From Octopus sinensis (lineage: Eukaryota), in NCBI RefSeq assembly GCF_006345805.1, contig NC_043000.1:164610001-164674000 (forward strand): DNA of 64,000 nt, written 5' to 3'. The position numbers and the translations under genes are program-made. The notes below the pieces were generated by a model. It saw nothing but the letters and a program-made list of their open reading frames with translations. It was not told the DNA's origin and ran no database searches. Of the stretch, positions 1-12,100 are shown piece by piece (position 1 is the stretch's first letter; every line of letters begins with the position of its first letter).

Positions 1-802
1 ATAAGTACTTAATACATTTAGGGATTTGTTTTGCAAGATTCCTGATGTGAAATCATGTGTTGAAACAGATATTGTTATATTTTGGGATGGTCATTTTTTT
101 TTCTTGCTTTACCAAATAAACACACATGCACACACTATAGCATGTGTCTTTATTGGCAAAAATAAAATGAAAACAACCATCCTTAAATAAGTACTTAATA
201 ATTTTCTGTATAGGCTAAAGTATCTTTTGATACATTTTTTTTTTGTGTGGACTCTTGCATAAAATGCACTTATGTATTGATTTGTTGTAAAGTGTGCCAC
301 AAATAATAAAAAAAACAACTTTGGAACCCCCCCCCCCCAAAAAAAAGGGTTGGGGGGATCAGCATACCCATCTTCAGACCAAAGATCTAATCCAAATGTT
401 TGCAAGAGAGAGGAATTCTGCTAAAGACACCAGGGGCCCGGTGATGATGCTAAACAACTGTGACTTCTCCCTACTATCTTAAATGAGGAAAGGGTACATT
501 GGATATTGTTGTCCTTAGTATATTCCTAAAAAGATTGGATCCTCTCAGTTGTAATTCCTTTCAATCATTGGTCTGCTCAATCAAGATGGACTTGTGACTA
601 ACTACGACTGCTGCTGCTGCTGCTGCTGCACATACATGCAACATTCACTCATCGATGTTAGTATGGTCATCTTTTTGAGGTTTGGATAAACCATGAAGTG
701 GCAGAGAATATTGCAAACTGGACAGAATGACATAAGCAAGAGTAATATGCCTTCTCTAGGCACACATTCACAATGGTAGTAACAAGTTCAAGTCATGACA
801 AT

Positions 803-1040
803 GTGCATCATTTACATTCAACGGATATTAGTCTTCATCTCGTTTGTTGTTAACACAACCTTTCGGCTGATATACCCTCCAGCCTTCTTCAGGTGTCTTG
901 GGGAAATTTCAAACCTGGGTTCTCATTCCAAAGATACTTTTTGATGTTATTATTATTATTGTTCAGGTCACTGCATGGAATCGAACTCGGAATCATGGGA
1001 TTAGTAACCTGCGCTCTTAACCACTACGCCATATGCCCAC
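803..1040 (-). mobile_element. tRNA-headed short retroelement with hammerhead-like 3' part (Penelope-like architecture)
   Basis: Minus strand: A-box TGGCGTAGTGG (1031-1021), B-box GTTCGATTCC (986-977), (AAT)n spacer, then a hammerhead-like motif (897-852). A 20-bp inverted duplication of the head is present. The 3' end is approximate. Confidence 0.7.
852..897 (-). ncRNA. Minimal type I hammerhead ribozyme-like motif (stem III mismatched in this copy)
   Basis: 5'-GACAC CUGAAGA A GGCUG-gagggUaUaU-CAGCC GAAA GGUU GUGUU-3'. It has the CUGANGA and GAAA cores, a 5-bp stem II, and stem I GACAC/GUGUU. GAAA is followed by GGUU; CGUU would give the palindromic AACGUU stem III. Confidence 0.55.
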
Positions 1041-1060
1041 GGGCATATGGCGTAGTGGTT
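1019..1060. repeat. Perfect 20-bp inverted repeat with 2-nt spacer
   Basis: AACCACTACGCCATATGCCC (1019-1038) - AC - GGGCATATGGCGTAGTGGTT (1041-1060). Confidence 0.97.
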
Positions 1061-1382
1061 TAATACAGTATTTAGCTATAGTAAGGTTCAATTGTATGGG
1101 CTTCTGTTGATAGTCTTGCGTATTTCTAATGTATTCCGGATGTGTTTTCCCATGTTGATTTCTAAGACTTGGTCAACGTTTTTCAAGTGATAAAGAACTG
1201 AAGGAAACAATTATATTGATTCCAGAATTTAACTGGAATATTTATATATTTTATTGACTCCAAGATGGTTGAAAGTGAATTTGACCTCAAGAGTAGTGGA
1301 ATTACATCTGAAGTCAAATTTAAATTCAGCATATAAAGCATTGTAATTAAATAATATAATGTAATTACTACAAATAATGGTT

Positions 1383-2170
1383 TCAAATTTTGGCACAAAG
1401 CCAACAATTTTGGGGGAGGAGCAAGTCAATTGCATCAACCCCCCACCCACCCCTACCGTGCTCAACTGGTACTTTTTTTATTGACTCTGAAAGGATAAAT
1501 CCTAGTGGCATTTGAACTCAGAATGTAAAGATGGATGAAATTCTGCTAAGCACTTTTTGCCTGGCGACTTTTCCAGCTCACTGTCTTTTAACTACAAATG
1601 ATAATAACATTCCTTTCTATTAAGGGCACAAGTCTTGAAATTTTTTGGGTGGGGACTAGCCAATTACATTAACTCCAGTGTTCAACTGGTACTTACTTCA
1701 TCAACCCCAAAAGGATGAAAGATGAGGGTTACCTAGGCAGAAGCATTTTGTCCAGTGTGCTAATGATTCTGTCAGCTCACCATTAATCGTTTTAATTTTG
1801 GCACAAGGTCAGCAAATTTGGGGCAGGGGAATGTTAGTTGATTACATCAACCCCAGGGCTCAACTGGTAGTTACTTTGTCGACCCTGAAAGGATTGAAAA
1901 GTAAAGTTGACCTCCATGGAATTTGAACTCAGCATGTTAAGAACTGGAAGAAATGCCATCTGGTGTGCTAATGATTCTGCCAGCTTGCCAAAGAAGAAGA
2001 GTATGGCTGAAACAACACCAATTAAGGTTCTGACGTAGACAGACACAAAGTCACAATCAGGGGAATGGCGTAATTGATGTAAATGATTCCAGTTCTTCAC
2101 TTATACTTATATAACCAGAAAGATAATACTAACATCAACAGAATTTGAACTCAGAATGTAAAGGTATGTA
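1383..2170 (-). mobile_element. Head-to-tail array of degenerate short SINE copies (family B)
   Basis: Repeated minus-strand modules tttggcacaag...aactggtact...tttgaactcagaatgt...aagcattt...ccagctc at about 1383-1590, 1600-1785 and 1792-1990, plus a fragment near 2140. Confidence 0.75.
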
Positions 2171-2544
2171 ACTAAATACACCACTGTATTTTGGACAGTA
2201 AATGTGGTTGGTAGAAGTGAGAAGTGATCCCTTTTCTGTTACGCCCTTTGGAATAAAATGCAAATTGGAGCTTGGCAAATTATGAACTTAGATAGATGAA
2301 AGGAAACAACATTTAGTTCGGCAATGAACTGGTAATATACCATGTTGTAGTGGGACCTCCTTGCATGGAGATGTAAAACTCGTGACAATTTGAATTAGTT
2401 CAATCAGGCTATTCATTGGAATAGTTGAATACGAGCTGTAGTCTGCATGTGTGTGTGTAGGCGTGTGTTTGCTGCAGACACGTGATCACAAAGGTCTCAC
2501 TGTTATCAAATGTGACACAGTTTTAGTTATTGTATTATCTGCCT

Positions 2545-2712
2545 CTGTGTGTGTGTGTGTGTATATGTATGTATGTGTGTGTGTGTATGTATATTTGTGT
2601 GTATGTGTGTGTATATATATATATGTGTATATATATATATGTGTATGTATGTATGTATATGTGTATATATGTATGTATATATATATATATGTATGTATGT
2701 ATATATATGTGT
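2545..2712. repeat. Compound (TG)/(TA)/(TATG) microsatellite
   Basis: Direct reading. It produces the spurious V/C/Y/M-rich ORFs in the ORF track. Confidence 0.95.
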
Positions 2713-3022
2713 ATCATCATCATCATTTAGCGTCCGCTTTCCATGCTAGCAGGGGTTGGACGGTTCAACTGGGGTCTGTGAAGCCAGAAGGCTGCATCAG
2801 GCCCAGTCTGATCTGGCAGTGTTTCTACGGCTGGATGCCCTTCCTAACGCCAACCACTCCGTGAGTGTAGTGGGTGCTTTTTACGTGCCACCTGCACAGG
2901 TGCCAGGTGAGGCTGGCAACGGCCACGATCGGATTGGTGCATTTTACGTGCCACCGGCACGGAAACCAGTGGAGGCGGCACTGGCATCGGCCACGATTCT
3001 GATGGTGCTTTTTACGTGCCAC
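2713..3022 (-). mobile_element. RTE 3'-end fragment or RTE-tailed SINE inserted in a TA/TG microsatellite
   Basis: (ATC)n tail, then about 170 bp nearly identical to the RTE 3' end at 24358-24545. It also has the same TGGTGCTTTTTACGTGCCACC internal repeats. Confidence 0.9.
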
Positions 3023-3717
3023 ATGTGTGTGTGGGTGTATATATATATATGTGTGTATGTATATATATGTGTGTGTATGTATATATATATATTTATGTAT
3101 ATATATATAGAGAGAGAGAATGAGAGAGCTTACTGGAGGAACAAACAGGAGCAGATAGCACTCAATAAATAAAAGTATATATATTTTTATTCATCTGTCA
3201 AGTTAGTTAAGTGACTCAAGGGTGGAGAACTTCATGCATTGGACTTGTGTGTGTGTGGACTCGTCCTTTCGTCCCTTGCCAACATCGACATCAAGTGTCA
3301 ATCCGCCTGGACCCGTCTGTCGCTGTTGTTTGTCTATTTTCCAAGTGTATCTGTTTGCGTAAGTGTGAATGCCTGCTTGCTTTTGTATATGTTTATATTT
3401 GTGTGTGATGAGGTGGAGTAAGAGGCTTGGGTAATTGAAGGAGAGTGAGTGCTTGGAATTAATTGTGAAAGACTATAGTAAAAGGGAGGAGTATTGAGGA
3501 AGAGTTAGAGGAAGTGAGAGAGAGAGAGAGAGAGAGAGATTAAGTAAGGGAGAGAAGTAAGCCTGTTCCGTTGGTGGAAGGTGTTGACCATCTTTCTCTC
3601 TCTCTCAGACACACCAAACAACAATCCATTCATTCCTTTATTTCTAACAGGAAGTTACCGTGTCTGCACACGCACCTATACTCACCTCTATGTTGACGAT
3701 GTGCACACATTACTTAC

Positions 3718-4200
3718 TTCTCGCCTCGCACACCATTTAACGTTAAGAATGGAAGAAAGAGTAAGTAGATCACTTCGCTGGGGCTGATTTTGACTCTTGT
3801 TGTTCGTAATGTTATCATTTATTTATTTTATTTGTGTGTAAATGTTGTTGTGGATAGTTTTCCATGTTTTTGTGGGTGTTCTGCATTATTGTATACTGTC
3901 GGCCTCTGCTGAGGCTGTTGCCCTCCTAATCCAGTCCGGAGATGGAGCAGAATTACGATGGTCGAAAGCGTTTCAGTTGTTACCATCTCGTCCTTTAAAA
4001 AAATTATTTTATTTTACCTATTGGCATAGAGTATCTAGGAGTAGACTATTCAGTGTGTCTGTGGTAATGATGTTGTTACTGTTTGCGGCTATGGTGTTAT
4101 ATATGTGAGTGTTGTTGCTAACTTGGCGGTAGCCGCCCTCCTTTAGACTTAGACTTCCCGAATGCAAGATTCTGTATTCAGGCCACAACTGATTAGCAGC
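3718..4200 (-). other. Candidate first exon of a divergently transcribed gene (5' boundary unknown)
   Basis: Minus-strand donor GAGAA|GTAAGT at 3718/3717 and a second donor GAG|GTGAGT at 3686/3685. A short ATG GTG TGC GAG GCG AGA (MVCEAR) precedes the first donor. No downstream exon was identified. Confidence 0.3.
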
Positions 4201-4429
4201 GAGAAAAGACATTTAAAAAGCAATCCGGTCGTTCAGTTTTTCTTCCTCTCACTAAACTAATCCGTTTATATAAAGTCTGTAAACCAGACAGCTTGTCAGC
4301 TTAGAGATCTCACATTTAAAATAGATTCCGCAAACCAAAGAATAATTCATACACTCACTGTCATGACAAACAACAACATATTTTGTTTTCATTATTTGAC
4401 ATCTATCACCAAAAAAACACTACTAATAA

Positions 4430-4437
4430 TATCGATA
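4430..4437. promoter_or_regulatory. DRE-like palindrome TATCGATA
   Basis: Exact match to the DREF-binding element known from insect housekeeping promoters, inside the putative promoter. Function in molluscs is inference. Confidence 0.3.
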
Positions 4438-4518
4438 GAGGGATTCATTTATTTGTTTGTGTTTTAATGAATTCCCGGAATGGATTTAATCGATTTTACT
4501 TATTTATATTTACTGTAC

Positions 4519-4714
4519 TTGTGTTGTTATAAAAGCGATCGGAACGAAGCTTCCCTGTATCTCGGCCTTGTGTTGTTATAAAAGCGATCGGAACGAAGCT
4601 TCACTGTATCTCGGCCTTGTGTTGTTATAAAAGCGATCGGAACGAAGCTTCCCTGTATCTCGGCCTTGTGTTGTTATAAAAGCGATCGGAACGAAGCTTC
4701 CCTGTATCTCGGCC
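4519..4714. repeat. Tandem repeat, 4 x 49 bp, each unit with TATAAAAG
   Basis: Unit TTGTGTTGTTATAAAAGCGATCGGAACGAAGCTTCCCTGTATCTCGGCC starts at 4519, 4568, 4617 and 4666. There is one substitution (copy 2) and no spacers. Confidence 0.97.
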
Positions 4715-7700
4715 AGGGTAGTTCCACTCCGTTTCTGCTTTTCTAAATTTTGCAATTTTTTTCTTAACTTCCTGTGTTTTTCTCCGTTGCTCTTGGCATA
4801 TATCACGTATACATATTCAGGGCTGTTTTTTTTTCACTACCACCTCTGCAACTTTTCTTTCCCTTCTCTCTCTCTCTCTTTTCCTACTTGCCCCATAACT
4901 TACAAAACTGCTATGTCAATTAAATGGTTATTAATCCGGTTTGCCACTATTTGGTGGCAGTTATCCAGCCGTAAAAAATAGTTTTTTGCGTGAGTTGTGT
5001 ATATTAGTCTCGAGTGTAATAATTAATTTATATACGTATGAATTAATAATAGTTATATAATTAAAGTATGGGTATGAATATCTATATGCCATATATATCT
5101 TTATGCAATATAATATACAATGAAATTATTGTATACAGTGCTCGAATATGTTATACAGTATGGGCTAAAGAACTTGGACATTCTTTAATAGCATCAGTTC
5201 TGCTAGAAGTGTGTCGAATCGCGATATCCTGTCAACAGCTAAAGGGAATACCCTAGATTTCGTGAATTCGGATAAGTTCATCTGGTGCTTTAGGGCCGAC
5301 TCTACGTCTCTCTCTCTCTCTCTCTCACACACACACGTATTTATGTTCGTTCTTTCCTTCCTTCCTTCCGCCTGTCTTTCTGATATGTAGTCAATAGGTT
5401 CGTTTTCATTCTTGAGCAAGTTACTTTTCATTTCTTCTCTCGCCAGCCAGATGTGAAGTATTTCAAATTTAACCCAGCCGCAATATTATATAAAGTAACG
5501 TAGCTGTTCACCGTTGCAGTATATTATCTTAAGTGTTTCCTATGATTGTGCACCAGTGTATGAAAAGTGCCGTTTAGTTTCGGTCATTTGCTGAAATTAT
5601 GGAATGTGTCACTTGCCTTCTTCATGTGTACATGTGTGTGTGTGTGTGTGTGATACTATTTGGAGTATGGCTTCTAGTATCAGAAACATTAATATTCTCG
5701 CATACATCTAAATATGTATTAATAAACAAAACAAAACTTGTGCTGATCTCTGTCTCCTTCTCCTCTTTCTCATGTATATATATGTATGTGTGTCAGTGTG
5801 TGTGTATGTTATCCCGTGAGTCATGCGTGTTACTAGTTTCATATTGCTATTTGCCGTGGGGAAATACTGATCGTTTAGGAAGTGTTGGGTGATTAATTTC
5901 CCAGACACTCAATGTCTCGCATAGAACTCAGTGCACTCTCATACGAACTCTGTATTTATTATTTAACCCTCAGTCAGCTCTAGTCGGGTAGACCAATGAC
6001 CAAAAAATTCTAGTTTATACACACACACACACACACACACACAAAAGGAAAAATGTGTGACCATTCAGTGTTTTTGTAAATCAGAGACTAACTACATTGT
6101 CTTATGTATCCTCCTTATAAAAAAGGATGAGATGCTGTAAGTTTGGCAACTGTTCCTTGAGCGACTACATAGGGGATCCTTGTGTTAGTGATCATGATGA
6201 TAGAATGATGTAGTTCTGTAAACTGTTGGGTCACCGTTTGGTGAAGTACATCCTTCTGCAAGCTATTATTATCATAAGAAAATTTGAATTTAGTAATGTA
6301 AGCAATTAAAAAGCACTCGCTAACTGTTTACAGCAGAACATAACTGTTGAGAATTATGCTGGATTCCTCGTTCAAACACCAGGTCCTTTGTACTGTAGTA
6401 GACCAACCAGCTGCTATCTTTTAACACTGTGTAGATACTATTTATGTAAGACCTGGATGAATGCAATTTATATAAGGTAAGAGTGTATGCATACAGTGCA
6501 TACAATGTATGGATATGTTTAATTTTTGTAAAGTAAGGATTCATGCATATACACACGCATACATAATTGAGTATCATAATGTAATCCACTGGTAATCTGG
6601 TTGGTCTACTACATCTGCTTAGTACAAAGTCTGGGGAAAACCACAAAATAATGAACATGGGTACATTGCATGTCCTAAACATTTTCATAAGTTTGTGCTA
6701 AAACGTCCTTGCCTGTTTTCAGACTTTTAGTTAGTCATTGTTTCATATGTTCTGAGCAATAATGAGCTTTCCTCACCTAAGTCCCAAGTAACTCTGGTGA
6801 TTGAAATAAAATTAGGATGTTTATCATACATGATGCATGAACATCAGGGAAATATGTCCTGTGTATCACAAGAAAGACAAAATGTTGATTATACTGTAAG
6901 AAAGAAACAGGAAAATTAAATGTTTTGGACAGTGGCCCTTTGTCGGGGAAGAAAATTACATAAAAAGCAGTGAAAGTTTTGATGTGAATATGCTGCTTTT
7001 CACATAACCTTAATTTAATGTTGTTAGTTGTTTTACTGAATTGAAAACCTAATCATGTGAGAATGCTCAAAAAATTAACGAAAATTCAGTCAGAGAGGCA
7101 ATAAGCAAATCTCACTGGTTTTTAATAACATTATCAAAAATGAATTTAAAGTTAAAAATTTCAATCATAATAATAATTGTTTTTAATAAAAGCACAAAAT
7201 CTGAACCCAATACTTGACTGGTACTTATTTTACCAACCCGGAAGGATGAAAGTTGACCTCAGTGGAATTTAAACTCAGAATCTAAAGAGCTGGAGGAAAT
7301 GCTGCTAAGCATTTTGTCTGATACAGTAATGGTTCTGCCAGCTCATAAAAAAAAATATATATATAAAGTACAAATACAAAAATTGCAAAAATAGAAGATT
7401 TAATGAAGTAACTGTCAGATTCAGAAGATTAGTGTAAATAAACAAGTGCAAATTTGTCCAAGATAATTAAATGCTTTGATGCAATTACCATTACAATTGG
7501 TGTTGAAGTTGAGTTGCTTTAATGAATTTTAAATTGATAGTTTATTATTTATCGAAAACTTTGTCAACCAAAGACAATGAATTCTATCTCTCTCTTTCTC
7601 CATTACTCACTTGGTAAAAAAATGAGGATGAAAATTAATATATGTCAATGGATGTATCAGTTTGTGATTGTTCTTAGTGGAAAATAGGGATCTGAAAAGT

Positions 7701-8262
7701 CATTGAATTCTCTCTCAGTTTCTTTCTCACACTGTAATGATATATTTTGTACTCTTATTTGTTTTCTTGTGTCCATTCGCAAAACTTGTTGGACATGTCT
7801 AATTGGGGTTGTCTCTGAAGTTGTGAATATATATACATGTATGTATGTGTGGTGTGGTGTGTGTGTATGTTAATTTAAACTCTAACTTAGAAAAAAAATA
7901 TGTTATTGCTTAGCCCTTGGCCAGTACTGCCTGAGCAGATGTATAATAAAAGGTGTCCTTATATTTTTGTTTATCTTGGGTTGTATCAACTATTGTATCC
8001 TTCTTTAGGATGGCAGGTTGTTAATCAAGGGAATTTTGCTGTTATTTTTCATCAAGTGAAGTGATCACATAGAGGCTCTCTTAAGCAAAAAGGAGCCCGA
8101 AGCACAGCAATACTTTCTTTAATTTCATCCACATATATCTTTCAGGTATTATTCTTAATAGGTTGTAATTAGTGTAGAATATATGTTTCCTCATCTCCCC
8201 CTCTTCTCTCAGGGAACTCCTACATAAAAGTTATATATTGTTATAATTATCATAATTATTAA

Positions 8263-9195
8263 GGATGGTGGTTTGGCAGTATCATTAGGGTATCTAACAA
8301 AATGCCACAAGGCATTTTGTTATGGCCTTTTATGTTCTGATTTCAAATCATACCAAGGCCAGCTTTGCTCTTCGTATTTCTGGGGTCAATAAAAGTACTA
8401 AGCACTTGGGATTGCTTTAATTGATTAACCCTTCTTTCTGAAAATTTTTGGTCTTATTCCTAAGAATTCTTTATGATTATAAGAAAAGCAGAAATGAAAA
8501 ATTAGATACCTTCTACTATTTAATTCTATTATTTTATGTTCTGAATTAAAATCCTTTTTAGGTTGACTGTCTTTCATTCTTCCATGTTATTTCTACTATG
8601 TGCTGGGTTTCAGTTAATCAGCTCTGACCAGTTTCACAATTTGTGCACTTGTACCTAAGTTAGAAATGATTATGATTATTGAGTGGTGGCTATAGCATTT
8701 TGCTTCTCTTTGTTTTGAGTTCAAATCCTACTGTGGTTGACTTAGCCTTTCATCTATCCTGGGTCAATAAAATTAAGTACTAGCCAAGTACTGGGTTAAT
8801 ATAATCAGTTATACACCTTAAACACTAAATGTGCTCTTGGTCAATATTAGAATGTATTATCAGTGTTATTGAAATGATTGACAAAATACTAGTTCAAATC
8901 CCAACATGCTTGACTTTGCTTTTATCACTCTTGTGCCAATTTTTATTATCAAGGGTAGTGTAGTGAAAGAATCAGCAGTGTCTTACAAAATGTTTTAAGG
9001 AATTTTGTGACAGGTCTTTTCGTGCTGAGTTTGACTCATGCCAAGGTCAACTTCTTCATACTTCTGGGGTCAATAAAATAAAGAATCAAGTACTAGGATT
9101 GCAACATATGTACAAGTTGTCAGTTGTATTGATTATATCCATCTCCCTATAAATTTCTTGATGACTTTCTGCCAATGAAAAGAATCTTTATATTG
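8263..9195 (+). mobile_element. Head-to-tail array of about 5 degenerate family-B SINE copies
   Basis: Recurrent tgttctgagttcaaat...gtcaact/gttgact ttgc ttt cat...ggggtcaataaa...agtact modules at about 8263, 8530, 8684, 8870 and 8951, separated by ATT-rich tails. Confidence 0.7.
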
Positions 9196-12100
9196 CTTTA
9201 TTTTATTTTGATGCCTCATATTTTGATTTCAAACATTTCTGGAAGGTAATTTTTATCTTTCTTTGCAGAACTGTTGATAAGTACTAGAATACATTAAAGT
9301 CAAGTCTTTAGACCGTACATCCTCCTCCTTCTTACAAAACAAGAGTGCAGGGTTGTTGTTCCCAAGGAAACCAGTTAATGCTGGTGTTATTGTAGTTACA
9401 ATAGCAGCTATTATTGCATATTGCTCACCATTCATATTTTCAAAATAGATGTTCCAAGTAGAAAGCCTCCTGTATCGATGCTCACTCCATTCATGCCTGG
9501 TTTTATACAATTATATATCTCTGTGTTTTGATGCACAAGCAAGAGTAAAAGTACTCAATACATGTAGTAATTACTAATTCATTTGAAGCTGAGGCTACTC
9601 TGAGCTTTAACCTATTTCTCAAGACAACTTGAGAATGTGTAATAATAATAATAGGCAATTCAAAGGAAGTATAGGGTAAAACCTCAGTATCAAATGAATA
9701 AATTTTCTCTATATTAAAGAAATTAATATTTGTCTGTGCAAAATTCCAGTTCCAATGTTGCTTACTCCTATTTTTAATAAATAACTACTACCACAAATAC
9801 ATATATACAAACACATGCTTGAACACACATCTAATAATTACACTCTCTCTTTCTCTCTCTCAAAGTAAAAAATAAATGGATCTCATGTGGTTTTGACAGT
9901 TCTGAAATTTTATCACCCGAACTACTGGTCATTGAATGAATAAGTAACTGGGTATTCCACAGTAATGTGTACTGATAACATAATCCTCAGGCATAATCAG
10001 CTTGATACACTCTATTACAAGGCTGGCTTCTTCAATTGTAGTTAGAGTTTGCTTGTTGGATTTCCACACAGACTCCATTTACTCATTTTCAGTCACAAGG
10101 CTTTGGCTAACCCAAGGCTGTAGTACAAGACACCTAATCAAAATGCCTTGTAAATTTTGGGTGTGTGTGTGTGTGTGTGTGCATGCATGGTAAATTAACC
10201 AGATTTCATGGATTTCAAAAGCACATCTTAATTTGACAAGACAAAGTATTTTCACAAAAGTGCTCAATGATTAATTATATAAGGTTGTTAGAGTGTTGAA
10301 CGAGATGTCTTGTAGTATCTCTTTGGGTTTGTAATGTTCTGAATTTGTTTGCAATGATGCTGGTTCCATGCTGTACTGACCTTGTTTTTTTTCACTTGGA
10401 CATCAGTAGTGTGAACATAGACTTGCTGCATGGATACCTGCTTACCTTACATAAACCTTTACAAGGTATGTACTCTAAGGAGTAACTTTCCAGGAACAAA
10501 TGTGTAAGTCAACCCTGTTCTTCATATATGCATATCTATGCGATTAAAAGAAAGGTAGATAAATACGTTTGAGAATGTAGTTCCACATAGGCCAAAAAGA
10601 TGAACAGTTGCATCTGGAAGGCTTTCATTGTAAGTTTGGCTATGAACTTCTGATGAAAGATCATATGTTCAGCTATGTCAGGGACTAAATAACAATTATG
10701 TCTATCCTCTACATCAGGGAATCTCAACCCTTGTTCTGAACCATCTTGTTTTCATGTTTTGCCATTTACCCTTGCTCATACAAAAATGTTCACTAAATAA
10801 TATAATTCCTTTTTATCAAAATCCACGTCACTGCCAAAATGCTGTCTCCAAGATAGTGTATTAATGCTAGTGTTTTTTTTAAAAGAATCTAGGATTCAAT
10901 CTTTAAGTGGTTGACTGTGTAGAGGTTTCTTTGCTGGTTGCAGTTGTAAACTCCTGGACAAAATAACTGACAGAATTAGATTCATGTGTTTTTGCCTCCT
11001 ATACTGTTAATTTCTTTGTAGTTGTTCTTGTTTACATCTGGTAAATCACGGTCTTGCAGTCGTATTATCAAAACCATGACCCTTCTGACATATTTTTATA
11101 GACAGAGTATATCTAGGACTACATTTTCCAATGCTTACTTTTTTTTAAAGATGTTAAGTTGGAATTTGAAGGAGATTTGGTTATTTATAGCTGTTCTAGT
11201 AGCCTTTGTATTGACTCTTCACTGTCTAATCTCAAATGAACCCTGATCAGAACTACAATCAAAATGTGTTATGATTATTTCTTCTTTTCTTTTCATATGT
11301 AATGTATCTCCAATGGTGTCCTTCCGCTTTTAAGATGGTAAGGTGTAATTTGAGGGAAGTTTTGACTGCTATTTTTTCAAGTACAAGTCACCACATTGAG
11401 GTTCTCTTTTTAGTTTAATCTATTGGTAATTTATAGAATAGATACCAGGTATATCTGTCACATGAAAATCGGTCGTGAGCATTTCAAAGAAATCAATATT
11501 GATATTAGTAACTGGCTGGTGAGTATCATAGAGCAACAAGTAAGCTCAAAGCAAGCAGATACTCTGAATTTGGTTTTTCATATTTCAGGTTGTTGTCTTT
11601 TCACTTCATGTGTGTTGCTGAGAATTTCAAAACAATGTGTATCACTCTGTCATTTCACTTTCCCTGCAAATACAAAGTTTTGTACTTGTGTATGGAGTTG
11701 TCATGCTGCTGACATTTTTATTTCTTATCTAACTCCTTATCTCTGAACAACCCATATATTCAACTTTGAGTCTTGTTATATTTTTGTTCATTGACTGATT
11801 TTTATTTTTTTTTGCTTTTTTCATTGATTATCATTGACAACCATCACTCCTCCCACCATTTTTGTTAATTGATATACCTGCTATTAAGTTTTTCAGTGTA
11901 CTTGTTTAACCATCAGTATTGTCACCATGAAAAGTTACATAAGTTTGACAATGTTTATCTTTTGTATTGAGAGGTTCTGTTGCTTGTATTAACTACTGGG
12001 TGGGGGTATGGTGGCGTAATCTGTGAGGCTGGTTATGGTGGCTTAAACTTTTTGCATTCAGATTACCCTGTTAAATGTAATGCGTATTTGTTCACATTAT

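Larger units (their letters stand above)
3660..5500. promoter_or_regulatory. Putative bidirectional promoter region (PI4KB on +, unknown gene on -)
   Basis: CpG is visibly more frequent than in the flanking introns and SINEs are absent. It contains a TATCGATA motif and TATA-containing repeats. There are outward-facing donor sites (minus GTAAGT at 3717; plus candidates at 5458 and 5495), with strand-appropriate (CT)n tracts near each end. Confidence 0.5.

Noticed and set aside
1061-1204. Possible Penelope GIY-YIG ORF C-terminal fragment next to the hammerhead element (minus frame PSVLYHLKNVDQVLEINMGKHIRNTLEIRKTINRSPYN)
   Set aside because: Only a vague resemblance, and a second frame looks equally plausible. 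It needs an HMM or TBLASTN search before it can be claimed.
2451-3421. Multiple ORFs rich in V/C/Y/M/I/H/T
   Set aside because: These are translations of TA/TG/CA microsatellites and a SINE. The same applies to similar ORFs near 14232, 39889-40465, 55935 and 60333.
4519-4714. CRISPR-like array
   Set aside because: The units are contiguous with no unique spacers, there are no cas genes, and the context is eukaryotic. It is a plain tandem repeat.
9253-9510. 85-aa minus ORF, or a plus-strand UTR exon starting at the acceptor near 9268
   Set aside because: There is no recognisable homology and no convincing donor. Transcript data are needed.
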